Shown piece by piece: positions 1-9,903 of a stretch of DNA of 64,000 nucleotides; positions within the stretch are counted from its first letter, which is position 1, and every line of letters begins with the position of its first letter. The notes beneath the pieces are model-generated. The model was not told where the DNA came from. It was given only the letters and a program-made list of their open reading frames with translations, and did not search any database. This DNA is from an uncultured bacterium (GTDB taxonomy: Bacteria; Acidobacteriota; Vicinamibacteria; Vicinamibacterales; UBA2999): the NCBI GenBank assembly GCA_963923455.1, contig CAWULT010000006.1, positions 1,586-65,585 on the forward strand, given 5' to 3'. The translations under genes and the position numbers were made by a program.

Positions 1-717
1 GACCGTGATCTGCATGTCGAGCGTGCCGACCGACGGGCGCGTGATGCGCTCGACCGTCCGCGCCCGGTCGGTCAACGGGCTGCCCTGCACGTCGAGCCAC
101 CCGCCGTCACGGAATCCGGCGGTCTCGACCACGAGCGTGTCGCCCTCCCAGCGTCCCACCGAGTAGCCGTACCACCAGGGCTGGGCATCGTCGACCGGTG
201 GCACGCGCCGGCCGTCGAGGAAGATCTGGCGCACGCCGCCGTTGGCCTCGTAGAGGATCACGATCAGGCCCGTCGTCTGGACGATCTTGCGCGGCTCGGG
301 ATGCGTGTGCAGCTGCATGTTGCCGAGCGGCAGGCAGTGGGCGTCGGGGTTGTCCTTGCTGTTGGCGGCCATCCGGGCGCGCCGCAGGTCGGCCGCCCAC
401 GGCTGGAGCGGCAGGCCGCCCGGAACAGCCGACCCGATGTCGAAGAAGATCCGCGTGTCCGGCGTCAGCGCAGCAGCCTGGCCGGGATTGCCGCCCGTGC
501 CGCTCGCGGTGCGCCGCTGCAGTTCGCGCCAGCCCGGGTTCTCCCACACGCCGGAGAAGTCGGGCTTGCCGTCCGGCATCCGTGGCGCCGGCGCGTTCAG
601 GTCGGGCCGTCCGTCGGCGCCGCGCGGCACGTTGGGCGTGGGATGCCGAGCCCACTGCGCGACGAGCGCCGGCGACGCGCATACGAGCACTGCAACGAGA
701 ACCGCGGCACGGCACAT
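1..717 (-). CDS. Secreted hypothetical protein, 3' end cut by the window edge
   Basis: Manual minus-strand translation from ATG 717 gives MCRAAVLVAVLVCASPALVAQ (signal-like), then ...DNPDAHCLPLGNMQLHTHPEPRKIVQTTGLIVILYEANGGVRQIFLDGR...GYSVGRWEGDTLVVETAGF... The frame stays open for 239 codons to position 1. It is absent from the track because no stop lies in the window. The domain pattern matches the C-terminal half of CDS 42863..43924. Confidence 0.6.
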   Translation of the reverse strand, partial: MCRAAVLVAVLVCASPALVAQWARHPTPNVPRGADGRPDLNAPAPRMPDGKPDFSGVWENPGWRELQRRTASGTGGNPGQAAALTPDTRIFFDIGSAVPGGLPLQPWAADLRRARMAANSKDNPDAHCLPLGNMQLHTHPEPRKIVQTTGLIVILYEANGGVRQIFLDGRRVPPVDDAQPWWYGYSVGRWEGDTLVVETAGFRDGGWLDVQGSPLTDRARTVERITRPSVGTLDMQITV

Positions 718-868
718 CACGGGCACGGCACACCTCCGGCGAAGCGGGCGAACGCGGATTATGCCACCAACCCGCGTGGCGCGGACCGTCCGGGGCTGAT
801 GCAGGTCGCCGCCGGACCAGCGCGCGCCCTGGCTCGCCCACCGGGCCGTTCGCTGGTATCGTCGTCGC

Positions 869-1558
869 GTGTCCTTCTCGCCCTCGTCCAAGGCCCGCCT
901 GACGACGCGCGACCTCGGCCGCTTTCCGGACGACTCGCTGTTCCATCGCATCGCACGCGCGGTGTGCGAGGCCGGGTGCCTGCCGCGCAAGGAGTTGTAC
1001 GAGGCGTGGGAGATGGCGCGCCGCGTGCGCCGGGTGTTCCGGGGCGGCCGCATCGTCGACTTCGCGGCCGGGCACGGCCTGCTCGCCCAGGTCCTGCTGA
1101 TCCTCGACGACACGTCGCCTTCCGCGCTCGTCGTCGACGAGCGGCTGCCGCCGTCGTGCGCGAAGCTGCACCAGGTCCTGCTGCGCCAGTGGCCACGGCT
1201 GGCGGGCCGCGTGATCTTCGTCACGAGCCGCATCGAGGACGTCGAGGTGCGGAAGACGGACCTCGTCGTGTCGTGCCACGCGTGTGGTGCGCTGACCGAT
1301 CGCGTGCTCGAGATGGCCGTCTGCGCCGACGCGCGTGTGGCGGTGCTCCCCTGCTGCCACGACGGTCACCAGAGCCGCACGGGTGGCCTGACCGGGTGGA
1401 TGGACGAGGCGCTGGCCGTCGACGCGGTGCGGGCCCTGATGCTCGATTCCAACGGATTCGCCGTGCGCACGCAGGTCATCCCGGCCGAGATCACGCCGAA
1501 GAACCGGCTGCTCATCGCCGACCCGGACCCGCCGCGGCGCCCGAGCACACGCCGATGA
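869..1558 (+). CDS. SAM-dependent methyltransferase-like protein (family assignment uncertain)
   Basis: GTG start, 229 aa. Motif-I-like RIVDFAAGHGLLAQVLL and Cys/His clusters SCHACG and LPCCHDGH. The stop overlaps the rsmE start (ATGA at 1555-1558). Confidence 0.6.
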   Translation: MSFSPSSKARLTTRDLGRFPDDSLFHRIARAVCEAGCLPRKELYEAWEMARRVRRVFRGGRIVDFAAGHGLLAQVLLILDDTSPSALVVDERLPPSCAKLHQVLLRQWPRLAGRVIFVTSRIEDVEVRKTDLVVSCHACGALTDRVLEMAVCADARVAVLPCCHDGHQSRTGGLTGWMDEALAVDAVRALMLDSNGFAVRTQVIPAEITPKNRLLIADPDPPRRPSTRR

Positions 1559-2298
1559 ACCTGGTGCTGCTCGAGCCGGGCGAGCTGTCCGGGGACGGCG
1601 CCGTCCGCCTGACGGATGCGCGCGCCGTTCACGTCCGGACGGTGCTCCGTGCCGTGACCGGCCAGGCCGTGCGGCTCGGGCTCGTGGACGGCCCGTTCGG
1701 CGTCGGGACGGTCACCGCCGTGACGGCGGACTCGGTCGAGCTGCGCTGCGTCCTCGAGCGCGAGCCCCCGCCCCGACCGCCGGTCGACGTGCTGCTCGCC
1801 GTGCCCCGGCCCAAGGTGCTGCGCCGGCTGTGGGCCCAGCTGGCGGCGCTGGGCGTCGGCCGCATCGTGCTGACGAACGCCGGAAAGGTCGAACGCAACT
1901 ACTTCGACACGCACCTGCTCGAGCCCGCGGGCTTCCGTCCGCTGCTCGTCGAGGGCCTGCAGCAGGCCCGGGACACGCGCCTTCCGCTCGTCTCGGTCCA
2001 CCGGCGGTTCCGCGCGCTCGTCGAGGACGAGCTGGACGGCCTCTGTCCGGACACGCTGCGCCTCGTCGCGCATCCCGAAGCCACGAGCCGCATCGGCGCG
2101 GCGGACCGGGACGACCGGCGCGTGCTGCTCGCCGTCGGCCCCGAAGGCGGGTGGAACGCGTTCGAGCTGCGCCTGCTCGAGTCGCGCGGCTTCACCGCGG
2201 TCGGCATGGGCCCTCGCGTGCTGCGCAGCGACACGGCCTGCGTGGCCCTGCTCGCGCTCGTCCACGACGCGGTGCGCGGCCGGGGCATAATGCGCTGA
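1555..2298 (+). CDS. rsmE: 16S rRNA (uracil1498-N3)-methyltransferase RsmE
   Basis: Internal ATG of track ORF 301..2298, in frame, 247 aa. MNLVLLEPGEL... and C-terminal LLAVGPEGGWNAFELRLLESRGFTAVGMGPRVLRSDTA are typical of the RsmE/SPOUT family. The upstream part of the track ORF is Arg/Pro-rich noise. Confidence 0.85.
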   Translation: MNLVLLEPGELSGDGAVRLTDARAVHVRTVLRAVTGQAVRLGLVDGPFGVGTVTAVTADSVELRCVLEREPPPRPPVDVLLAVPRPKVLRRLWAQLAALGVGRIVLTNAGKVERNYFDTHLLEPAGFRPLLVEGLQQARDTRLPLVSVHRRFRALVEDELDGLCPDTLRLVAHPEATSRIGAADRDDRRVLLAVGPEGGWNAFELRLLESRGFTAVGMGPRVLRSDTACVALLALVHDAVRGRGIMR

Positions 2299-3479
2299 TG
2301 TCGACCGCTCCTCCAGCCGGTGTCCGGCTCGGGTCCGACCTGCTGCTCTCGTCCCCGCGCCTCGAGGGCGCGCGCGTGGGGCTCGTCTGCAACCACGCAT
2401 CGGTGGACCACGGTTTCGTCCACGTCGTCGACCGCCTGGCGTCGGATCCGAAGGTCCGGCTCGCGGCGATCTTCGGGCCGCAGCACGGGTTCCGGTCCGA
2501 CGTGCAGGACAACATGATCGAGACGCCGCATCGCGACGACCCGCATCGCCGCGTGCCCGTCTTCTCGCTGTACAGCGAGACCCGCGAACCCACGGCCGAG
2601 ATGCTGCAGGGCCTCGACGTCCTGGTCGTCGACCTGCAGGACATCGGCGCGCGCATCTACACCTACATCTACACGATGGCCAACTGCCTGCGCGCGTGCG
2701 CCCGCCACGGCGTGCCGGTGATCGTCTGCGACCGGCCCAATCCAATCGGCGGCGACGACGTGGAGGGGGCGGCGCTCCGGCCCGGGTTCGAGTCGTTCGT
2801 CGGGATGTTCCAGATCCCGATGCGCCACGGCATGACCATCGGCGAGCTCGCCCGGCTGTTCAACGAGGAGTTCGAGCTCGGCGCCACGCTGGAAGTGGCG
2901 AGGATGCACGGCTGGCACCGCGAGATGTTCGCCGACGAAACGGGCTTGCCGTGGGTGATGCCCTCGCCGAACATGCCCACGCTCGACACGGCCGTCGTCT
3001 ACCCGGGCACGGTGCTCTTCGAGGGGACGCTCCTCTCGGAGGGGCGCGGTACCACGCGCCCCTTCGAACTGGTGGGCGCGCCGGGCATCGACGCCGAGCG
3101 GTTCGCGCGTGAGATGAACGCGCTGGGCCTGCCCGGCGCGGTCTTCCGCCCGGCGGTCTTCGAACCCACCTTCCAGAAGCACGCGAGGCTGGCGTGCGGC
3201 GGCTGCCAGGTGCACGTGACGGACCGGCGCGCGTTCAGGCCGGTGCTGACCGGCGTGGCGCTGATCGGCATGTTCCGCCGCTTCGCGCCGGACCGGGAGC
3301 TGTGGCGGCAGCCGCCCTACGAGTACGAGCAGGAGAAGCTGCCGATCGACATCCTGGCCGGGTCGGACGCGCTGCGATCGCAGATCGAGGCCGGCACCGA
3401 CCCACAGGCGATCGCCGAGACGTGGCGGCGCGACGAGCAGGCGTTCAAGGTGAAGCGGCAGCCCTACCTGTTGTACTGA
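2298..3479 (+). CDS. DUF1343 / NamZ-like exo-beta-N-acetylmuramidase family protein
   Basis: ATG 2298 overlaps the rsmE TGA by 1 nt, 393 aa. RVGLVCNHASV, IFGPQHGF, VVDLQDIGARIYTYIYT and VCDRPNPIGG are family-typical blocks (recognised from memory). Confidence 0.8.
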   Translation: MSTAPPAGVRLGSDLLLSSPRLEGARVGLVCNHASVDHGFVHVVDRLASDPKVRLAAIFGPQHGFRSDVQDNMIETPHRDDPHRRVPVFSLYSETREPTAEMLQGLDVLVVDLQDIGARIYTYIYTMANCLRACARHGVPVIVCDRPNPIGGDDVEGAALRPGFESFVGMFQIPMRHGMTIGELARLFNEEFELGATLEVARMHGWHREMFADETGLPWVMPSPNMPTLDTAVVYPGTVLFEGTLLSEGRGTTRPFELVGAPGIDAERFAREMNALGLPGAVFRPAVFEPTFQKHARLACGGCQVHVTDRRAFRPVLTGVALIGMFRRFAPDRELWRQPPYEYEQEKLPIDILAGSDALRSQIEAGTDPQAIAETWRRDEQAFKVKRQPYLLY

Positions 3480-4378
3480 TGGCCATCAGACTTCCTCTTC
3501 TCGTGCTGGCCGCGCTGCTCGCGGTGCCCGCACCGGACACCGCGGCCCAGGCGCCGCAGCCGGCAGACCGTTTCGTGACCGTCGGCGGCCTGCGCCTCCA
3601 TTACGTGGACTGGGGCAACCCCATGGCGCCGCCGATGGTGCTCGTCCACGGCCTCGACCGCGTGGCGCGCACCTTCGACCACGTGGCGCCCCACTTCGCC
3701 GGCAGGTACCACGTGATCGCGGTGGACATGCGCGGGCACGGCGACTCGGGCTGGGACCCGCAGGGCCGCTACCTCGTGGAGGACCACCTGACGGACCTCG
3801 AAGGCCTGGTGCGCCAGCTCGGGCTGCGCGACCTGACGTTGTGGGGCAACTCCACGGGCGGGCGCGTGGTGCAGGTGTTCGCCGGATCGCATCCCGAGCT
3901 GGTGCGCGCGCTGATCTCGGAAGACGTGGGTCCCGAGCGCACGCGCTCGATCGCCGACGCCTACCAGCGCCGCGTGGCCGCCGACGCCGGCGGCTGGGCC
4001 ACCGAGGACGAGCTCCATGCGCGGCTGAAGGCCCAGAATCCCGGCACGGTGGACGCCGTCCTGCGGCCCTACGTCCGGTACGCGACGAAACGGCGGGACG
4101 ACGGGCGGCTGGTCTGGAAGCGCGATCCGAACCTGGTCAAGGGCTTCGTCGAGACCGACCTGTGGCGGTTCGTGTCCAGGATCACGGCCCCCACGCTCTA
4201 CGTGCTGGGCGGCCGCAGCGCCATCGTGCCGGCCGAGACGCAGCAGCAGCTCCAGGCGCGGCTGCCGCGCGTGCAGGTCGTGATGATGCCGGGGCTCGGC
4301 CACTTCCCGAGCGACGAGAAGCCCGAGGAGTTCCTGGCGATCGTGGACCGCTTCCTGGCCGACCCGCCGGCACGCTGA
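3479..4378 (+). CDS. Secreted alpha/beta-fold hydrolase
   Basis: ATG 3479 (TGATG junction), 299 aa. Signal-like MAIRLPLLVLAALLAVPAP, VLVHGL, nucleophile-elbow-like GNSTGG, C-terminal PGLGHFP. Confidence 0.8.
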   Translation: MAIRLPLLVLAALLAVPAPDTAAQAPQPADRFVTVGGLRLHYVDWGNPMAPPMVLVHGLDRVARTFDHVAPHFAGRYHVIAVDMRGHGDSGWDPQGRYLVEDHLTDLEGLVRQLGLRDLTLWGNSTGGRVVQVFAGSHPELVRALISEDVGPERTRSIADAYQRRVAADAGGWATEDELHARLKAQNPGTVDAVLRPYVRYATKRRDDGRLVWKRDPNLVKGFVETDLWRFVSRITAPTLYVLGGRSAIVPAETQQQLQARLPRVQVVMMPGLGHFPSDEKPEEFLAIVDRFLADPPAR

Positions 4379-4379
4379 T

Positions 4380-5255
4380 CTACGAACGCGTCTTCGCGAT
4401 GGCCGGCGCCTTCAGCTCGTGCGGCGCCGTCGGCGTGAGGTGGTGCTCGATCAGGTGCGCCTTCAGCAGCTCGAAGGCGGACTCGGGCGTGTTGGCCCGC
4501 TTGACCAGGTCGCTGTCGCCGGGGCTGATCGCTCCCCACTCGGCCATCGGATCCATGTTGAGAATCGGGTCCCAGTAGTCGGTGCCGTAGAGAATCAGCT
4601 GGATCTTCTTGTCGAGCTTGTCGGTCTGCGCCAGCGTCAGGAACTCGAACATCTCGTCGAGCGTGCCGAACCCTCCCGGGAAGATCACGAGCGCCTTGGC
4701 CATGTACGCGAACCAGAACTTCCGCATGAAGAAGTAGTGGAACTCGAAGTGCAGGCCGTCGGTGATGTACCGGTTCGCCCCCTGCTCGAACGGGAGCCGG
4801 ATGTTCAGGCCGATCGTCTTGCCGCCGGCCTCGTGGGCCCCCCGGTTGGCGGCCTCCATGATGCCGGGGCCGCCGCCCGAGGTGACGACGAACCGGTGGT
4901 GCTCGTCGTCGACGGACCTCGTCCACTCGGTGAGCAGGCGCGCCAGCGCCCGGGCCTCCTCGTAGTAACGCGACCACTCCACGGCCTTGCGCCCCTTGGC
5001 CACGCTGGCCTCGAGGTCGCCGTTCCTGCCGTTGTCGCGATTCGTCCGGAGCCTCTGCTCGAGCCGTTCGAGCGCGAGGACGGCGTGCTCCTGGCTGTGA
5101 ATGCGGGCCGACCCGAAGAACACCACGGTGTCGCGGATGTTCTGCTCGCGAAACCGGCGCAGGGGCTCGAGGTACTCGGCCAGGATGCGGATCGGTCGTG
5201 CCTCGTCGCTGTCCAGGAACTCGGTGTCGAGGTACGCCAGCGGCTGCGGATTCAT
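4380..5255 (-). CDS. LOG-family (TIGR00730-type) nucleotide 5'-monophosphate nucleosidase
   Basis: 291 aa. Hallmark motifs SGGGPGIMEAANRGA and PGGFGTLDEMFE. Confidence 0.85.
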   Translation of the reverse strand: MNPQPLAYLDTEFLDSDEARPIRILAEYLEPLRRFREQNIRDTVVFFGSARIHSQEHAVLALERLEQRLRTNRDNGRNGDLEASVAKGRKAVEWSRYYEEARALARLLTEWTRSVDDEHHRFVVTSGGGPGIMEAANRGAHEAGGKTIGLNIRLPFEQGANRYITDGLHFEFHYFFMRKFWFAYMAKALVIFPGGFGTLDEMFEFLTLAQTDKLDKKIQLILYGTDYWDPILNMDPMAEWGAISPGDSDLVKRANTPESAFELLKAHLIEHHLTPTAPHELKAPAIAKTRS

Positions 5256-5312
5256 GCTGTGATTATCGGCCGAAGTGGACGTATGTCATGATCGGTTGGA
5301 CCCCGGGACCCC

Positions 5313-5498
5313 ATGACCGTTTCCGACTGGCTCGAGAACGCCATCCGTGATGCCGACACCCGAGGGCTGGGCAGCCTGCGATCCAGCCTGCAGGCGCTGG
5401 CGCAGGCGACGCTGGCCCTGCGCCGGGCCGACTGGAACGCCGACGCGTCGGCGGACCGCGCGCCGACGGCCCCCGGACAGGCATCCCCTCATGTCTGA
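5313..5498 (+). CDS. Small hypothetical protein (61 aa) translationally coupled to the amidase
   Basis: ATG start and GC3-rich codons. The stop (5496-5498) lies 8 nt inside the amidase ORF (ATGTCTGA). No family recognised. Confidence 0.4.
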   Translation: MTVSDWLENAIRDADTRGLGSLRSSLQALAQATLALRRADWNADASADRAPTAPGQASPHV

Positions 5499-6834
5499 AC
5501 CCCGAACCATCGTCGACCTGGCGCGCGCGCTGCGCGAGCGCCGGCTGACGGCCGTGTCGGCGACGTCGGCCTGCCTGGCCGCCATTCAGGCCGGCAATCC
5601 GTCGATCAACGCCTTCATCACCGTGCTGGGCGAGCAGGCGCTGGCCGACGCGGCCCGTGCGGACGAGGAGCTCGCCGGGGGCTGCGACCGCGGCCCCCTC
5701 CACGGCGTGCCCGTGGCGCTGAAGGACCTGATCGACGTGGCGGGCGTGCCGACGACCGCCGCGTCCAGCGTCCGCCGGGCCCACGTGGCGAGCGCCGACG
5801 CGCCCGTCGTGACGCGCCTGCGCGAGGCCGGCGCCGTCATCCTGGGCAAGAACAACCTGCACGAGTTCGCGTTCGGGACGACCAACGAAGACTCGGCCTT
5901 CGGGCTGGTGCGCCATCCGCTCGACCCGACGCGCTCACCGGGCGGCTCGTCTGGCGGCTCGGCCGCCGCCGTGCTGGCCGGCATGGCCTACGCGGCCATC
6001 GGCACCGACACCGGGGGCTCGATTCGCATTCCGTCCGCGGCCTGCGGCCTGGTCGGCCTGAAGCCGACGCTCGGCGAGATCCCCACCGAGGGCGTCGTGC
6101 CCTTGAGCACCACGATGGACCACGTGGGCCCGATCTGCCGTTCGGTCGCCGACGCGCGCCTGGTCTACGACGTGCTGCGTGGCGCCCCTCCCACCGCCGG
6201 CCAGGCCCGCGACGTGGCGAGCCTGCGCCTGGGCGTGCCCGGCGGCTACGTCCGCGAGCGGCTCGACGAGGAGGTGCTGGCGAGGTTCGACCGCGCGTGT
6301 GAGCGGCTCCGGGCGGCCGGCGTCGGCCTCGAGCCTGTGGTGATCCCCCACCTGGCCGACGCACCCGCGATCTACCTGCACATCGTGCTGGCCGAAGCCG
6401 CCGCGTATCACGCGGTGACGCTCGAGCACACGCCGGACGCGTACACGCCGAACGTCCGCCTGCGCCTCGAGATGGGCCGCTACGTGCTGGCCGAGGACTA
6501 CGTGCGCGCGCTGCGGGGCCGGCAGGTGCTGGCTGCGGAGGTCGAGGCCGCGCTCGATGGACACGACGGCCTGCTGCTGCCGACGCTGGCGATGCCGGCC
6601 GTACCACTCGGCACGGCCACGGTGCGCGTGGGCGCGCACGACGAACCGGTCCGCACCATCTCGATGCGGCTGACGCAGCCCTTCAACCTGTCCGGCCACC
6701 CGGCGATCACGATGCCGTGCGGCGCGACGTCCGCCGGCCTGCCGGTGGGCGCGCAGCTCGTCGGCCGGCGCCAGGCGACCCCGGCGCTGCTGGCCGTGGC
6801 CGCCGCGATGGAGCCCGTCCTCTCCCAGCCGTGA
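5491..6834 (+). CDS. Amidase-signature family amidohydrolase
   Basis: Internal ATG 5491 of track ORF 5347..6834, 447 aa. GVPVALKDLIDVAG, the AS signature GGSSGGSAAAV and GTDTGGSIRIPSA are present. Confidence 0.85.
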   Translation: MSEPRTIVDLARALRERRLTAVSATSACLAAIQAGNPSINAFITVLGEQALADAARADEELAGGCDRGPLHGVPVALKDLIDVAGVPTTAASSVRRAHVASADAPVVTRLREAGAVILGKNNLHEFAFGTTNEDSAFGLVRHPLDPTRSPGGSSGGSAAAVLAGMAYAAIGTDTGGSIRIPSAACGLVGLKPTLGEIPTEGVVPLSTTMDHVGPICRSVADARLVYDVLRGAPPTAGQARDVASLRLGVPGGYVRERLDEEVLARFDRACERLRAAGVGLEPVVIPHLADAPAIYLHIVLAEAAAYHAVTLEHTPDAYTPNVRLRLEMGRYVLAEDYVRALRGRQVLAAEVEAALDGHDGLLLPTLAMPAVPLGTATVRVGAHDEPVRTISMRLTQPFNLSGHPAITMPCGATSAGLPVGAQLVGRRQATPALLAVAAAMEPVLSQP

Positions 6835-7886
6835 TCGCACGCCTGTTCCACGCCTGGGAGCACCGGCTCGCCGACCGCACCAAGGACCGCCTCGTCAGGC
6901 CGTTCGACTGGGGCCTCGACTGGCTGCCCCCGGGCCACGAACACCTGGAGCCGCGCGAGCGCGTGGCCCGGTGGGTGGACGAGGTGATGGCCGACACCCA
7001 GGGCTTCTTCACCCCGCCGGTCACGACGGACTTCACGTTCGAGCCGGCGTCGCCCGAGGCCCGGCAGGGCGGCGAGGCCGGCACGCTGCGCTTTCCGAGC
7101 GCGTTCGTCTCCCCGTACCCGGAGAACAACGTGGTCAGCGCGCGCTGGTTTCCGTCGGCGGAGGAGCGCGACCGGACGTCGGGCGACCGCGGCCCCGTGG
7201 TGCTGGTGATGTCGCAGTGGAACGCGGACGTCCAGGGTCACGTGGGGCTGGCGAAGCTGCTGGCGCGCTTCGGCATCTCGGCGCTGCGGATCAGCAAGCC
7301 CTACCACGACGTGCGGATGCCGCCGGAGCTGCGGCGCGCGGACTACATCGTCAGCTCCAACATCGTCCGCACCGTGCAGTCGTGCCGCCAGGCCGTGCTC
7401 GACGCGCGGCGCGCGATCGACTGGCTCGCGGACCAGGGCTTCGAGCGCATCGGCATCCTGGGCACGAGCCTCGGCTCGTGCCTGTCGCTGCTGACGGCGG
7501 CGCACGAGCCCCGCATCCACGCGCAGGCGCTCAACCACGTCTCGCCGTGGTTCGCCGACGTCGTGTGGCGCGGCCTGTCCACGCGCCATGTGCGCGCGGG
7601 GCTCGACGGCCACGTGACGCTGGACGAGCTGCGCGACTACTGGCGGCCGATCAGCCCGTGGTCGTACCTGGGGCGCATCGATCACGCGCGAGCCCTGCTC
7701 GTCTACGCCCGGTACGACCTCACCTTCCCCGTCGACCTGTCGCGGACGCTCATCGCCGAGTTCGAACGGCGCCACATCCCGCACGAGGTGGCGGTGCTGC
7801 CCTGCGGGCACTACAGCACCGGCATGGCGCCGTTCAAGTATCTCGACGCGTACGTGCTGATCAGGTTCCTGAAGAAGGTGCTGTAG
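6831..7886 (+). CDS. Alpha/beta-hydrolase-fold protein
   Basis: GTG 6831 overlaps the amidase TGA (GTGA), 351 aa. Nucleophile elbow GTSLGS. The C-terminal CGH is a possible catalytic His. The composition looks like a real protein, unlike the upstream part of track ORF 6717..7886. Confidence 0.7.
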   Translation: MIARLFHAWEHRLADRTKDRLVRPFDWGLDWLPPGHEHLEPRERVARWVDEVMADTQGFFTPPVTTDFTFEPASPEARQGGEAGTLRFPSAFVSPYPENNVVSARWFPSAEERDRTSGDRGPVVLVMSQWNADVQGHVGLAKLLARFGISALRISKPYHDVRMPPELRRADYIVSSNIVRTVQSCRQAVLDARRAIDWLADQGFERIGILGTSLGSCLSLLTAAHEPRIHAQALNHVSPWFADVVWRGLSTRHVRAGLDGHVTLDELRDYWRPISPWSYLGRIDHARALLVYARYDLTFPVDLSRTLIAEFERRHIPHEVAVLPCGHYSTGMAPFKYLDAYVLIRFLKKVL

Positions 7887-7904
7887 TACCCTGCGCGCCG
7901 GCAC

Positions 7905-8312
7905 ATGGACCGGCTGATGCGCTTCCCGGGGGCGGTGAAGCGGGATCCCGCGATCGACGCCTGGCTGCGGGGCCAGCGAGACGACTTGCGCCCGCTCGCG
8001 GAGACGTGGTTCGCCCGGATGCGGCAATGCGGCGACGACGTGCGCGAGCTGATGCACGATGGAGCCCCGACCGCCTGCATCGGCGACGCGGCGTTCGCCT
8101 ACGTGAACGCATTCAGCCACCACGTCAACGTCGGCTTCTTCCTCGGCTCGGCACTCCACGACCCGGCGGGCCTCCTGGAGGGGACGGGCAAGCGCATGCG
8201 ACACGTGAAGCTGAGACCGGACCGGGAGCAGGACCACGCGGCCCTGGCCGCACTCATCGACGCCGCGTATCGGGATCTCAGGGCACGCCTGCGCCCGGAT
8301 CACGCCGACTGA
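7905..8312 (+). CDS. DUF1801-like (YdhG-like) small protein
   Basis: 135 aa. FAYVNAFSHHVNVGFFLGSAL...GTGKRMRHVKL resembles DUF1801 proteins (recall only). Confidence 0.6.
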   Translation: MDRLMRFPGAVKRDPAIDAWLRGQRDDLRPLAETWFARMRQCGDDVRELMHDGAPTACIGDAAFAYVNAFSHHVNVGFFLGSALHDPAGLLEGTGKRMRHVKLRPDREQDHAALAALIDAAYRDLRARLRPDHAD

Positions 8313-8314
8313 CG

Positions 8315-9355
8315 ATGGGTCTGCGGCGGCTGCTCGGCGTGGACCTTCCGATCATCCAGGCGCCCATGGCCGGCGTGCAGGGCAGCGCCCTGGCGGTGGC
8401 GGTGTCCAACGCAGGCGGCCTGGGCTCGTTGCCCTGCGCGATGCTCGGCATGGACGCCCTGCGCCAGGAACTGGCGGCCATCGTGGCGCAGACCACCAGG
8501 CCCTACAACGTCAACTTCTTCTGTCACCAGCCGCCGGAGCCCGACCCCGAGCGCGAGGCCGCCTGGCGGGCCGTCCTCTCGCCCTACTTCGTGGAGTTCG
8601 GCATCGATTCGACGGCCATCCCGGCGGGACCGGGCCGCCGGCCGTTCAGCGCCGAGTCGGTGGACGTGCTGGAGGTGTACGCGCCCCGCGTGGTGAGCTT
8701 TCACTTCGGCCTGCCCGCACCAGACCTGCTGGCACGCGTCCGACGCTGGGGGGCGACGGTGCTGTCGTCGGCGACCACCGTTGACGAGGCGCGCTGGCTG
8801 GAAGCACACGGCGTCGACGCCGTCATCGCGCAAGGATTCGAGGCCGGAGGGCATCGGGGCATGTTCCTGACGGACGACGTCGGCACACAGGTCGGCACGT
8901 TCGCGCTGACCCGCCAGATCGTGCAGGCGGTGAGGGTTCCGGTCATCGCCGCGGGAGGCATCGCGGACGCCCAGGGCGTCGCCGCCGCCATGGCGCTCGG
9001 CGCCGCGGGGGTGCAGGTGGGCACCGCGTACCTGTTGTGTCCGGAGGCCACGACGAGCGCGGTGCACCGGGCCGCACTCGAGAGCGCGGCGGCCCGCGTG
9101 ACGGCCGTGACCAACGTGCTCACCGGCCGCCCGGCCCGCGGCATCGTGAACCGGCTCATGCGCGAGCTGGGCTACGTCAACCCGGCTGCCCCGCCCTTCC
9201 CCCTCGCCGCGGCGGCCGTCGCCCCGCTGCGCGCAAGGGCCGAGAGCATGGGCAGCGGCGCTTTCTCGCCGCTCTGGGCCGGGCAGGGCGCGGCTGGATG
9301 CCGCGCGCTCGCCGCGGGCGACCTCACACGAGCGCTGGCCCGTGGGGCCCGATGA
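8315..9355 (+). CDS. Nitronate monooxygenase (2-nitropropane dioxygenase family, FMN)
   Basis: Internal ATG 8315 of track ORF 6971..9355, 346 aa. [22 protein letters not shown] and [11 protein letters not shown] motifs. Confidence 0.85.
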   Translation: MGLRRLLGVDLPIIQAPMAGVQGSALAVAVSNAGGLGSLPCAMLGMDALRQELAAIVAQTTRPYNVNFFCHQPPEPDPEREAAWRAVLSPYFVEFGIDSTAIPAGPGRRPFSAESVDVLEVYAPRVVSFHFGLPAPDLLARVRRWGATVLSSATTVDEARWLEAHGVDAVIAQGFEAGGHRGMFLTDDVGTQVGTFALTRQIVQAVRVPVIAAGGIADAQGVAAAMALGAAGVQVGTAYLLCPEATTSAVHRAALESAAARVTAVTNVLTGRPARGIVNRLMRELGYVNPAAPPFPLAAAAVAPLRARAESMGSGAFSPLWAGQGAAGCRALAAGDLTRALARGAR

Positions 9356-9423
9356 TATGCTCGGTCTCCTCAGGCGAGTCTGACTTCCATGCCCCCGTCG
9401 CGCGATGGGTGGGAGGCGTTGCG

Positions 9424-9903
9424 ATGAGCACGGCCGCACCAAAACGCGTCACCGCGAAGATCGACGGCGACTTCGTCGTCTTCCTGATCGGCATGCGCAT
9501 CAACAAGCCGCTGAAGGTCCATAAGTGGCTTCCGGTGTTCCTGGCGATGCCCAGGATGCTCAAGGAGCTCGAGGGGCGTCCCGAATCCGGATTCCTCGGG
9601 CACATCATGAGCGTCGGGGTGATCGTCCAGTACTGGCGCTCGTTCGAGCACCTCGAGGCCTACGCGCGGGACCCGAGCCAGTCGCACTGGCCAGCCTGGC
9701 TCGACTTCAACCGGCGCGTCGGCAGGAGCCGCGGCGACGTAGGCATCTGGCACGAGACGTACCAGGTGCGCGCCGGCGAGTACGAATGCGTCTACAGCGG
9801 GATGCCCCCGTTCGGTCTGGCCAAGGCCAGCGCGAGCGTCGACGCCGTGGGCCCCCTCGAGTCGGCCCGGGGACGACTCGGAGGGGCGGACCCGCGGCAC
9901 TGA
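9424..9903 (+). CDS. DUF4188-like protein
   Basis: Internal ATG 9424, 159 aa. [22 protein letters not shown]...[13 protein letters not shown]...HWPAWLDFN matches my recollection of DUF4188. Confidence 0.6.
   Translation: MSTAAPKRVTAKIDGDFVVFLIGMRINKPLKVHKWLPVFLAMPRMLKELEGRPESGFLGHIMSVGVIVQYWRSFEHLEAYARDPSQSHWPAWLDFNRRVGRSRGDVGIWHETYQVRAGEYECVYSGMPPFGLAKASASVDAVGPLESARGRLGGADPRH

Noticed and set aside
301-2298. 665-aa track ORF, and similar long track ORFs that run across several real genes (1830..3479, 3194..4378, 6971..9355, 41611..42849, 46248..47999, 53310..55448)
   Set aside because: Only the 3' portions have protein-like composition and family motifs. The 5' portions are Arg/Pro/Gly/Ala-rich read-through of the upstream gene in another frame. 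In each case an in-frame ATG or GTG sits right at the upstream gene's stop.
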